A DNA stretch of 64,000 bases from the NCBI GenBank assembly GCA_040219235.1, contig JAVJSV010000007.1, positions 102,841 through 166,840 of the forward strand, read 5' to 3'. Source of the DNA: Rhodospirillaceae bacterium (GTDB taxonomy: Bacteria; Pseudomonadota; Alphaproteobacteria; Rhodospirillales; Rhodospirillaceae). The notes beneath the pieces were generated by a model, which was not told where the DNA came from, did no database searches, and worked only from the letters and a program-made list of their open reading frames with translations. Shown piece after piece: positions 27,091-35,657 of this stretch. Numbering within the stretch: position 1 is the stretch's first letter; each line of letters begins with the position of its first letter. Both the position numbers and the translations under genes were made by a program.

Positions 27091-27714
27091 ATGCCCGCGT
27101 ACACCATCACCAACCGAGATGAGTTGAGGTCTATCTACAAGCAGCCGGGCGAGGGGGCTGTGAAAAAGGTGCTGTCTCACCTCGATCCGCACAGCATTGC
27201 TTTTATCGCACGCAGTCCGTTTTGCGTGTTGTCTACGTCCGATCACAGTGGCCGTCTTGATGCATCGCCTAAAGGCGGTGACCCCGGCTTCCTGAAGGTG
27301 CGCGATGCCTCCACCGTGCTGCTGCCCGACTGGCCCGGCAATAACCGCCTCGACAGTTTCGAGAATATTATCGACAATCCTCATGTTGGTCTCATGCTGA
27401 TGATACCGGGCATGGATGAAACCCTGCGCCTCAACGGCACAGCCGTTTTGTCCACCGATCCTGCCTTGCGGCAAGAGTTATCCATCAACGGCAAGCTGCC
27501 CCTGTCTGTGCTGGTGATCACAGTCGAGGAAGTTTACATCCACTGTGCCCGTGCGATGTGGCGGGCGGATTTGTGGAATGCTGACAAGCATATGGCGCGC
27601 TCTGACTTTCCCAGCATGGGGCAAATTCTGGCCGATCAAGTTGCCGGATATGACGCCGCTGCGGTCGATAAGCTGATCGCCGACAACCGCAATAATCTTT
27701 ACGCTTTAGACTAA
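27091..27714 (+). CDS. Pyridoxamine 5'-phosphate oxidase-family FMN-binding protein
   Basis: FIARSPFCVLSTSD...DASPKGGDPGF...GNNRLDSFENI..NPHVGLMLMIPGMDETLRLNGTA...VEEVYIHCARAMWRADLW. Start set to ATG 27091. Confidence 0.8.
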   Translation: MPAYTITNRDELRSIYKQPGEGAVKKVLSHLDPHSIAFIARSPFCVLSTSDHSGRLDASPKGGDPGFLKVRDASTVLLPDWPGNNRLDSFENIIDNPHVGLMLMIPGMDETLRLNGTAVLSTDPALRQELSINGKLPLSVLVITVEEVYIHCARAMWRADLWNADKHMARSDFPSMGQILADQVAGYDAAAVDKLIADNRNNLYALD

Positions 27715-27738
27715 ACCAAACACCAAAAAGGAACTGCT

Positions 27739-28422
27739 ATGAGTGATGCAAAACAGGTCGCGATCATCGTCGGGGCTGGCCCAGGATTAGGCGCTGCAGC
27801 CGCTAAACGTTTTGCCGAGGCCGGTATGATCTCGGTCCTGGTCTCGCGCACTGCGGACCGTTTACAAGAGCTTGCGGCGGGCATTGAAGGGGCCATCGCC
27901 TATCCGTGCGATGCCACCAATGAAGCTGCTGTCGAAAAGCTGTTTAGCGATGTTGAAGCCCAGCATGGCCCGGTCGAGGTTTTGGTTTACAACCCCGGCG
28001 GCGGGTTCGGGCGGACCCCTGTGGTTGAGCAAACCGCCGCGCGTTTCCGGGCTGTGTGGGAATTCACGGCCCTAGGTGGATTCCTTTGCGGTCGCGCCGC
28101 TGCCCGGCTGATGCAGGCCCGCGGGCATGGGACGATTTTGTTCACCGGCGCGACCGCGTCCTTACGCGGTGGCAAAGGATTTTCAGCGTTTGCGTCGGGT
28201 AAGTTTGCGCTACGAGCGCTCGCTCAATCGATGGCCCGTGAGCTGGGGCCAGACGGCATTCATGTCGCCCACATCAACATCGATGGTCTGATCGGTCCCT
28301 CTGATGATGGCTCTAAACTTGATCCCGATGATATCGCTGAGACCTATTATGGCCTCTACAAACAGTCCAAATCTAATTGGACTCATGAGTTGGATATCAG
28401 GCCGTGGCTGGAAAATTTTTAG
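27739..28422 (+). CDS. SDR-family oxidoreductase (variant lacking the canonical catalytic Tyr)
   Basis: VAIIVGAGPGLGAAAAKRFAEAGM (TGxxxGxG-like), NPGGG. The active-site region reads SAFASGKFAL, where YxxxK is expected. Confidence 0.8.
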   Translation: MSDAKQVAIIVGAGPGLGAAAAKRFAEAGMISVLVSRTADRLQELAAGIEGAIAYPCDATNEAAVEKLFSDVEAQHGPVEVLVYNPGGGFGRTPVVEQTAARFRAVWEFTALGGFLCGRAAARLMQARGHGTILFTGATASLRGGKGFSAFASGKFALRALAQSMARELGPDGIHVAHINIDGLIGPSDDGSKLDPDDIAETYYGLYKQSKSNWTHELDIRPWLENF

Positions 28423-28495
28423 GGACGTAAAACGTCCCAACGAAAAACGGCGGCCCCACCCGGAACCGCCGTTCTTTTAGTGTCATGCGTTGCGC

Positions 28496-29146
28496 TTAAA
28501 CGGTTTTCAAACGCGCTTTCATGATTTTTTGTGTTTCTGCCATATGCGTTTGAGCAGACGGATGCTTTTTCATGGCAGCCCAGTACTTCTTCACATTTGG
28601 GCGGCCCTTGAGGGGGTCCTTCAGGCCAAACAGCGGTGCAGCTGCCGTCACAAACAACAGAGCCGGGATCAGGTAGCAATCCGCGATGGTGAAGCTGTTC
28701 CCAGTGGCGCAAGGCCCACCGGGCTTCATGAAGCCATTGACGATGTCCAGACCGGCTTCCATATCGGCCAGCGCTTTGTCAGCGGCGGCTTTATCTTTCG
28801 GCGCACGCCCGACGATTTGCCGGAATAGCGCCAACGCCGGTTCCTGCACATACTGGTCGGTGACGCTTGCGATCAGACGGGCCTTACCGGCTGCGGCTGC
28901 TGAGGCCGGGATGATTTTCTTTTTTGGAAATTTGTCATCCAGGTAGGGCAGAATCACGCCAGATTCAAACAGAACTGTCGCGCCGTCTTTGATTGTCGGA
29001 ATCTTGCCGAACGGATTCAGCTTCAGATATTCCGGCGTTCTCAAACCGCCTTCTGGCATCTCACAGGTGTATTTAATGCCCTTGTGATCACAGGCTAAAA
29101 TCAGCCGTGCGACGAACGGGGACAGGGGGCTTCCAAAGATTTTCAT
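28496..29146 (-). CDS. Glutathione S-transferase
   Basis: MKIFGSPLSPFVARLILACDHKGIKY...EYLKLNPFGKIPTIKDGATVLFESGVILPYLDDKFP is the thioredoxin-like GST N-domain, followed by a helical C-domain. Confidence 0.85.
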   Translation of the reverse strand: MKIFGSPLSPFVARLILACDHKGIKYTCEMPEGGLRTPEYLKLNPFGKIPTIKDGATVLFESGVILPYLDDKFPKKKIIPASAAAAGKARLIASVTDQYVQEPALALFRQIVGRAPKDKAAADKALADMEAGLDIVNGFMKPGGPCATGNSFTIADCYLIPALLFVTAAAPLFGLKDPLKGRPNVKKYWAAMKKHPSAQTHMAETQKIMKARLKTV

Positions 29147-29172
29147 GGTGTTTATTCCTTCAAAAACCTGGC

Positions 29173-29817
29173 CTAAATGCCGAAAAACTGTTTCGCCATG
29201 GCGTTCATTTCTTTCATCGCCTGCTTGGTCAGGGCGTCGCGCTTTAGGCTGTTCCAGTACTTCTTGACGTTCTTATGTTCCGCAAACGGGTCTTTAACGC
29301 CAAACAGTGGAACCACCATATTTACGAAGTACAGGGCTGGCATGGCATAGCAATCGGCGATCGTGAAGCGTTTGCCCATCGCCCATGGCCCGCCAGCAAC
29401 CAGGTAGCCATCGAGAACACTAAGACCGTGTTGCACGTCAGCCAGGGCTGATTTCACAACATCTTTATCGCGTGTTTTGGGATCGCGCTGTTTGAATAAC
29501 GGCGAAACGGCCGCTTGAATGTACAGATCTGAAATCGTTGCGATTAAGCGCGCTGTTGCAGCGCCTTTTGCTGTCCCCGGAATGATCGGCTTCTTGGGGT
29601 GCTTGTCTTCAATGTATTCCACAATCACGGAAGACTCAGGCAACACCGTCGCGCCGTCTTTGATCGCTGGCATTTTGGCCAGGGGATTGAGCTTCAGATA
29701 CTCAGGGCTTTTCATGCCGTCCTTAGGCATAAGGACTTCGTGATCGATGCCTTTGTAACGCAGCGCAAGCATTACACGGCAGACGTAAGGTGATAAAATT
29801 GCGCCATAAACTTTCAT
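29173..29817 (-). CDS. Glutathione S-transferase (paralogue of 28496-29146)
   Basis: Track ORF trimmed to ATG 29817: MKVYGAILSPYVCRVMLALRYKGIDH...EYLKLNPLAKMPAIKDGATVLPESSVIVEYIEDKHP. Collinear with the neighbouring GST. Confidence 0.85.
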   Translation of the reverse strand: MKVYGAILSPYVCRVMLALRYKGIDHEVLMPKDGMKSPEYLKLNPLAKMPAIKDGATVLPESSVIVEYIEDKHPKKPIIPGTAKGAATARLIATISDLYIQAAVSPLFKQRDPKTRDKDVVKSALADVQHGLSVLDGYLVAGGPWAMGKRFTIADCYAMPALYFVNMVVPLFGVKDPFAEHKNVKKYWNSLKRDALTKQAMKEMNAMAKQFFGI

Positions 29818-30007
29818 GGTCAGTGCATCCTCTAAAGTGAATTGGGTCCCCGGTGCATCAAGGCGTTGACCGCCCCTGCTGGCGCGTATCATATCGAAAT
29901 CCAAACAAAAAGCACCTGTCATTGTGGTGATGATTTTAAGGCGAATATAACGTGCCCGGAGTCTGTTCTCTGAGCCCCATTCATGGTCTTCTAGACTCTA
30001 TCGTTTT

Positions 30008-30730
30008 ATGCTGGGAGGGCACACAGCCATGGATCATCGCAACGTCAGAGGTAAAATTTTATACATTGGTGGTGATAACGAGGAGCGCGGCCGTGAGTGG
30101 TTTTCCATAACCTTTCACGAGGATGGCCAGCGCACGCTGCGCGCCCATTGTGAAATCGACGATACGGAAGTGCTACGCGAAGTCACGTATACGATGGATG
30201 AGAACTGGCGGCCCTTAGATTGCTTCAACCGCCTGCATGTGAACCGCAAGTTTTTGGGCACAGGGTGGGTGCGGGTCGATGGCTCGGAGGCCGAGTGCGA
30301 AGTGTTGAACACGACCTTGGGCCGCACGTCCCAGCGTATAAGCTTGGACGGTCCCGCGCACAGTCTCACAGTTCATCCGTTGACCTGTGATGTGTTTCAC
30401 TGTGCGGGATACGACCATAGCAACAGTCAGAATCCTCAGACGCTGACGAATGTGTTGTCCACATCTCCTATGCCCAATGGGGCCAGCGGGCCGTTTCTAA
30501 GTGTTGGCCAAGTCACTGTTCAGTATGACGGTCGGGAAAAAATCACAGTTCCTGCCGGTACCTTTAAGGTCGACCACTATCACTTTGTGTTGAAACCTCA
30601 GCCTGATGGCACGCCCCGGCGCGAAGACGTATGGTGCCTGCCGGAGGATTTTACCTTTGTGAAAGTTACGGTCGATGGTTTTCTCAAAAATTCTCGTTAC
30701 GAATTAGTCGAATACGAGACGGAGTATTAA
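30008..30730 (+). CDS. Hypothetical protein, leaderless paralogue of 10695-11498
   Basis: Shares WFSITFHEDGQR / NWRPLD / ITVPAGTFKVDHYHF blocks with the secreted 10695 protein. No signal peptide. The start is 30008 or 30029. Confidence 0.6.
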   Translation: MLGGHTAMDHRNVRGKILYIGGDNEERGREWFSITFHEDGQRTLRAHCEIDDTEVLREVTYTMDENWRPLDCFNRLHVNRKFLGTGWVRVDGSEAECEVLNTTLGRTSQRISLDGPAHSLTVHPLTCDVFHCAGYDHSNSQNPQTLTNVLSTSPMPNGASGPFLSVGQVTVQYDGREKITVPAGTFKVDHYHFVLKPQPDGTPRREDVWCLPEDFTFVKVTVDGFLKNSRYELVEYETEY

Positions 30731-30749
30731 GTCGACCGGGACATCCAAA

Positions 30750-32072
30750 TCAGTCTTTTAAAACAGGTGCCTCTTTTTCAGGCGCGGCCATGTGCAAAAC
30801 CCGTTGCGGATACGGAATTTCGATGCCGTTTTCTTCCAGGGCATCCCACAGTTCAAGCAATACTTGGCCTTTGACGTTGGTCACGCCGCCTTCAGGGTCG
30901 CGGATCCAGAACCGCAAGGTGAAGTTGACCGAACTGTCACCGAATTCCAGCAGATGGCAGACTGGTGCAGGGTCTTTCACCACGCGGTCAATTTTAACGG
31001 CGCAGGCTGCGGCCAGTTCTCGAACTTCGCGCGGCTTACACTTGTAGGTCACGCCAAACTTCACTTCCATACGGACTTCGCGGGCTGAGTGCGACCAGTT
31101 GATGACCTGATGCGTGACAAAATCATCATTGGGAATCAGAAGTTCTTTGTTGTCGCGTGTGGTTACCCCAACATAGCGGGCGTTCATCTTATTGACCCAG
31201 CCGAAGGTCTGGCCCACCTCAATCACATCGCCAGGCTTGATGGATTTATCCAGCAGCAGAATGACGCCGCTCAATAGGTTTGAAACCTGCTTTTGCAAGC
31301 CGATCCCAATGCCCACACCAACGGCGCCAGAGAACACAGCCAAGGCCGCAAAATTGATCCCGACGCTGGACAGCGCAACTATGACCGCGACGACGATAGC
31401 GACGAAGCGAATGGTCTTTCCGATCAGTACTCTGGCGCGTGGCGTAATTTCGGAAACCTGAGAAAGTCTGTTTTCTGCCAGCTTACTAATGGCCATTGCA
31501 CTCCATAGAAGCGCAATCATGAGAAGAATACCATTGACGACGGTCAGAATCGTAATGCGTGTTTGTCCCAGAGGGAAACTAACGGAGTCGAGTGCGTCAA
31601 TCGTTGGGCTGAGTAGGCCGACGATGTTTAGGGCAGCGATAGTCCAGGCTAGGGCAGCGACCAATTGGGCAACAAAGGGATTGGCGATGAAGGCCGAGGT
31701 CAGGCGGATGATAATCCACGCACTCATCAGGCTAGCGATAATCTCGAGAAGATCAGTCTCTAATCCGGAGCCGACTTGGCCCGAAACACCGGTTGCAAGC
31801 CAAAGGATAATGAGAAAGATGACAGAGAAAAATTGATTGGAAACCGCTGTCAGAAAGCGCCGTAAGGGTGAGAAGACGCGCAATTGAGAGATTTTATCTG
31901 ACAGGCGCGGTTTGAGAGGTTTTTGTATGGCATAGGCGATGATCGCTGCAGTCAGCAGAATGCCAAGTTGTGTAAGCGATTCAAGCGCTAGTACTTCCTG
32001 CTCAAACCAAGCCACAAACGTGGCGTAAAAAACCATCCATGTTTGGGGCTCGAGAAGGTCGTTGAGTTTCAT
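30750..32072 (-). CDS. MscS-family mechanosensitive channel
   Basis: Multiple N-terminal TM segments, then LLSGVILLLDKSIKPGDVIEVGQTFGWVNKMNARYVGVTTRDNKELLIPNDDFVTHQVINWSHS (MscS beta-domain signature). Confidence 0.9.
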   Translation of the reverse strand: MKLNDLLEPQTWMVFYATFVAWFEQEVLALESLTQLGILLTAAIIAYAIQKPLKPRLSDKISQLRVFSPLRRFLTAVSNQFFSVIFLIILWLATGVSGQVGSGLETDLLEIIASLMSAWIIIRLTSAFIANPFVAQLVAALAWTIAALNIVGLLSPTIDALDSVSFPLGQTRITILTVVNGILLMIALLWSAMAISKLAENRLSQVSEITPRARVLIGKTIRFVAIVVAVIVALSSVGINFAALAVFSGAVGVGIGIGLQKQVSNLLSGVILLLDKSIKPGDVIEVGQTFGWVNKMNARYVGVTTRDNKELLIPNDDFVTHQVINWSHSAREVRMEVKFGVTYKCKPREVRELAAACAVKIDRVVKDPAPVCHLLEFGDSSVNFTLRFWIRDPEGGVTNVKGQVLLELWDALEENGIEIPYPQRVLHMAAPEKEAPVLKD

Positions 32073-32264
32073 CGTATTAACTTGCCATTCCTGACCAACT
32101 GAGTCGAGGTGACACGCTTTACATGGTTTTCGAAAGGAAGACAGATCATATTAACTAATAAACGCGTTAACGTAGTCGATTCAACCATGGATTATGTTGA
32201 TGTGGAGAAGTGAGAACCGGTTGGTTTTCAATGTAGTAAACTGACATCCGGCTACTGAATAGCT

Positions 32265-32543
32265 GTGCCGCGATCCCGGACGCCAAGCTCGGGTCGATGG
32301 CGAACCCAGAGACGTGTTTGAGAAGTTGAATGATCTCAAGGCTTGGATGAGTGGAAATAATTTGCCCAAGTTGTGGCTCATCCAAATGAGGACAGCATCA
32401 TGATGGGTCAGCGAAAAGCTACGGCTGAGGCTTTTTCTTGCCAAACAGTGCTGGAAATTGAGGGCGGGCATTACACGCCAGAGAGGTCGCCCGACGCTGT
32501 CGACCGGGCGATCTCTGAGTGGGTTAAAGCTTTAAGGCTTTAA
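32265..32543 (+). pseudogene. Probable decayed 3' remnant of an alpha/beta-hydrolase gene
   Basis: Hand translation gives two plus-strand frames separated by a frameshift and a stop: ...EPRDVFEKLNDLKAWMSGNNLPKLWLIQ... then ...AEAFSCQTVLEIEGGHYTPERSPDAVDRAISEWVKAL. The second piece resembles the catalytic-His C-terminus (G-H-x-x-x-E-x-P) of haloalkane-dehalogenase-like hydrolases. There is no intact ORF. Confidence 0.35.
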
Positions 32544-32546
32544 GTC

Positions 32547-33245
32547 TTAGCTTAACGCCGCTTTGAACATCTCAATGGTGCGGCTGTGGGCCAGTTCCGT
32601 GGCTGCCTTGTCGTAATGGCTGGCATCGGTTTCACGGGCGAAACCATGATCGCATCCGGGGTAATTGTAAATCGTGACGAACTCGTGGCCTTGCAGACCG
32701 TCGCGCACCTGATCAGCAGCTTCTTTGGGTACAAACGAGTCTTTCTCCGCAATGTGAAGGATGGTCGGGGCTTTGATGTTGCCCGCTTCCCCAAGAAGGC
32801 CTTCGATGCCGACACCATAGTATCCGGCATTGGCGTCTGAATCTGTGCGCGTGGCCGACAAAAAGGCCAGCAGCCCGCCAAGGCAAAAGCCTGTTGTCCC
32901 CACTTTACCCGAGCAGCCCTCAAGACCCCGCAAGTGCGTGATGCTGGCTTGGATATCTTTCACACCAGAATCGACATTGAATTTTCCGTAAAGTTCCAAG
33001 CCTTTGTTGAATTCAGCTTCTTTTGTGGCATCCAGTTGAACACCAGGCTCAATCCGCCAGAATAGGTCAGGTGCCAGGGCCATAAATCCTTGTTCGGCGA
33101 GCATGTCACAGACACTCCGCAGCCAGCCGTTTACGCCAAATATTTCTTGGATAACGATGACACCGGGGCCACCACCTTCAGGTGAGGCGAGATAGCCCAT
33201 GAAGTCTCCGTCAGCGCCGGAAATCGTAACTTCTTTAGAACTCAT
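32547..33245 (-). CDS. Dienelactone hydrolase family protein (carboxymethylenebutenolidase-like)
   Basis: PGVIVIQEIFGVNGWLRSVCDMLAEQGFMALAPDLFWR, nucleophile elbow GTTGFCLGGLLAF, C-terminal GCDHGF. Confidence 0.85.
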   Translation of the reverse strand: MSSKEVTISGADGDFMGYLASPEGGGPGVIVIQEIFGVNGWLRSVCDMLAEQGFMALAPDLFWRIEPGVQLDATKEAEFNKGLELYGKFNVDSGVKDIQASITHLRGLEGCSGKVGTTGFCLGGLLAFLSATRTDSDANAGYYGVGIEGLLGEAGNIKAPTILHIAEKDSFVPKEAADQVRDGLQGHEFVTIYNYPGCDHGFARETDASHYDKAATELAHSRTIEMFKAALS

Positions 33246-33341
33246 TATTGATGTGCTCCCTATGGTTTCTATGAACAGAAACTTAGAGGGATTTTACCGC
33301 ATTGGCCAGACCAAGCGCGTCACTGTTTGGAACCCGATCAG

Positions 33342-34130
33342 CTATTCTGCAGCTGTTTTCCAGCCACTGGTGCGTCCCGAGGTTTCGTGGGTCAAAGAAG
33401 TGCGCATGGCATAGCGATCACCGCGATAGAGCGAGGTCAACCATTCAACAGGCTGTCCTGCGTCATCGAGAATGAGTCTTGTCAGTTTCAAGAGGGGCGC
33501 GCCGACCTCTATCCCTAAAGGCACAGCAACGGCAGGTTCGGCCAGGGTGGCCGTCACTTCCTGCTCGGCCCGTGCAACCGGCACGCCAGCTTTGTTGAGT
33601 TGCACCAGCATGGGCAGGTTTTCTGAACCAGCATCAAGCTGTTCTGCGATGATCTGCGGCACATAGGTGACGATGAGAGAAAGGGGTTCTCCGTCGCTCA
33701 GTCTGATCTGGCTAGACTTGAGAACCATCGCACCCGCCTCAAGTTTAAGTTTTTCTGCGACGTCTGTTGGCGGAGTCATGAGGTCTGATGAGAGGTGGCG
33801 CACATCCGTTGCCGCGCCAATGGCTTCGACGCTCTTCAATAAATCGGTCATCGCATCGGAACTTGGCGCTGCAACGCCTTCCGCAACAAAAGTGCCTTTT
33901 CCGCGGTGTCGGACCACAAATCCGTCGGCTACCAGTTCGCGCATCGCCCGCTTCACAGTGATTCTGGAGACCCTAAATTCTTTACAAAGGGCCTGTTCCG
34001 TGGGGAGGGCGGTGCCGGTTGAATAGGTGCCCGACCGGACGTTTTCTTTGAGGATCAGATAAACCTGATGATACAGCGGCACAGCCAAGCCATCGTCAAC
34101 CGCGTGCTTGATGGCCGAAATCTTATTCAC
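33342..34130 (-). CDS. GntR-family (HutC/UTRA subfamily) transcriptional regulator
   Basis: PLYHQVYLILKENVRSGTYSTGTALPTEQALCKEFRVSRITVKRAMRELVADGFVVRHRGKGTFV plus a UTRA-like C-domain. Start set to GTG 34130, which overlaps the upstream SDR stop as GTGA. Confidence 0.85.
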   Translation of the reverse strand: MNKISAIKHAVDDGLAVPLYHQVYLILKENVRSGTYSTGTALPTEQALCKEFRVSRITVKRAMRELVADGFVVRHRGKGTFVAEGVAAPSSDAMTDLLKSVEAIGAATDVRHLSSDLMTPPTDVAEKLKLEAGAMVLKSSQIRLSDGEPLSLIVTYVPQIIAEQLDAGSENLPMLVQLNKAGVPVARAEQEVTATLAEPAVAVPLGIEVGAPLLKLTRLILDDAGQPVEWLTSLYRGDRYAMRTSLTHETSGRTSGWKTAAE

Positions 34131-34870
34131 GCGTCGAGCACCAGACCAGAGGAAATATTCATATTTGTGCCGGTCATAGAGGCCGCGTGCGCCGAGCAGA
34201 GGAACAGAACCGCACCTGCACATTCTTCTGGTGTTGCATAATGCCCAAGCGGCAGCGCTTGCTTAAGGCCGTTATGCTGCTCCTCTGAGAGGCGGTCCAG
34301 CATGGGCGTGTCGACCGGTCCCGGCGATATAAGATGCGCGCGAATACCATCCGGGGCCCATTCTTTCGCGCAATAGCGTGTCAGGTTGGTGAGCGCTGCT
34401 TTGGAAGACGCATACGCCGCGCCGGAGAGATAACTGCCACCGTTATAGCCATTGGATGATCCACACAGCACCGCCACACCGCCCGGCTTCGTGATGTGTT
34501 TGTAGGCGTGTTTAAGCACAAGAAAGGAAGATGTGAGATTGGTTTCTACGACCGTATTCCAATCCTCCAATGGCATTTCGTCCAAGCGGCCTTTGCCGAC
34601 CATGCCGGCCATGTGAATCACGTAGTCGAGCCGCCCAAACGCATCGACGCAACTTTGAAGCGCGGCTGAGACAGAGTCTTCGTCCGTGATCTCAAGGGTG
34701 ACGGGCAGCACGCGCGCATCGTCGAACGGAATAGCCCGACGACCGGTGGCCGCAACCTGACCTCCGGCGTCGAGCATCATCCGTACAACAGCCTGACCTA
34801 TGCCGCCAGTCGCGCCGGTGACGAACGCGACGCGACCAGTTGCATCAAGAAGGGCTGGGCGCGCAGACAT
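34127..34870 (-). CDS. SDR-family oxidoreductase
   Basis: VAFVTGATGGIGQAVV, NAG-like region HMAGMVG, YASSKAALTNL (YxxxK). Confidence 0.85.
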   Translation of the reverse strand: MSARPALLDATGRVAFVTGATGGIGQAVVRMMLDAGGQVAATGRRAIPFDDARVLPVTLEITDEDSVSAALQSCVDAFGRLDYVIHMAGMVGKGRLDEMPLEDWNTVVETNLTSSFLVLKHAYKHITKPGGVAVLCGSSNGYNGGSYLSGAAYASSKAALTNLTRYCAKEWAPDGIRAHLISPGPVDTPMLDRLSEEQHNGLKQALPLGHYATPEECAGAVLFLCSAHAASMTGTNMNISSGLVLDA

Positions 34871-34872
34871 GC

Positions 34873-35601
34873 TTATTCAGCAGCCTGCTTAACGTTCTTA
34901 CCAAAGGCGTCATTGATGCCGTCGAGCATACGCCAGCGCATTTCTGTCGACGCCCGCACAGCTGAGATGGCTTTCTGCTGAAGTTCTGGTGTGGTTGCAT
35001 ACTGATCGGTGATTTCCAGACCAACGTGGGCATGTTCGGCATCGCCTTCAATGTGCACATGGAAGAATTCCATATCATCGTCATTCAGGCCCATTTTGCG
35101 CATGGCTTCGACGTATTTCGGATACAGAGTTGGGAGTTGTCCTTCGAGAGCCACCATGATTCCCGCAGCACCTTCCGCGAGATGGCGGACCGTAACGAGT
35201 TCCCAAATCCAGGCGCGCATGGCACGGGTGGATGGTAAGACTTTACCGCTGTGCTCGGCGTCGTAAAAATCGGACTCGGACATGCCACAAGCCTTGCCAA
35301 ATTTAACCAGCAAGTCGGGGTGGCGCTTTTCAGGGGTGTCGGGCATTTCTTCGCCCAGAAGGTTTTCCAGCATGTGCTGACGGGCTTCCAAATCATCTAG
35401 TCGGCAAAAGAATTGCGCAAACTGTTGGGGAATTGGATCAATATAGTGGAAGTGCTGGACGGCCCACTGGCCGATTTGTTTGAGGCTCAGTTCGCCTTCG
35501 GCCCAGGAAACGCTAAAGGGGTGGCCGCCTGAATGGACCGGGCTGCGGGCCGCTTCTAAAGCTTTAGAAAAATCTTCATAGTTCATAAGCGCTTTGGTCA
35601 T
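34873..35601 (-). CDS. Heme-oxygenase-like fold protein (PqqC/TenA/CADD-type iron-containing redox enzyme family)
   Basis: HPFSVSWAEGELSLKQIGQWAVQHFHYIDPIPQQFA... with Glu/His-rich helices (LLGEEMPD...HPDL; MVALEGQ; HVHIEGDAEHAHV), as in PqqC/CADD-like proteins. Only 2 nt separate it from the next gene. Confidence 0.65.
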   Translation of the reverse strand: MTKALMNYEDFSKALEAARSPVHSGGHPFSVSWAEGELSLKQIGQWAVQHFHYIDPIPQQFAQFFCRLDDLEARQHMLENLLGEEMPDTPEKRHPDLLVKFGKACGMSESDFYDAEHSGKVLPSTRAMRAWIWELVTVRHLAEGAAGIMVALEGQLPTLYPKYVEAMRKMGLNDDDMEFFHVHIEGDAEHAHVGLEITDQYATTPELQQKAISAVRASTEMRWRMLDGINDAFGKNVKQAAE

Positions 35602-35657
35602 CGTGTCTTCTCCTACTTACTTTGTGTTTCGGTTTATTTGGGGAAACTTGAAAATTG

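Noticed and set aside
26659-27127. Three overlapping plus-strand ORFs (114, 112 and 109 aa), plus minus-strand ORFs, that encode repetitive peptides (SNQGESPYKKV, LEPRGEPLQES, RTKGRAPTRKS) across the tandem array.
   Set aside because: The same DNA is open in every frame simply because the 33/34-bp unit has no stop codon. The 33/34 alternation shifts frame every unit, so no single frame is favoured. There is no start context or signal of selection for coding. I treat it as non-coding repeat DNA.
32167-32471. Minus-strand ORFs of 72 and 96 aa between the MscS and DLH genes.
   Set aside because: They have no motifs. The plus strand of the same DNA reads as fragments of a hydrolase C-terminus, so a pseudogene explains the region better.
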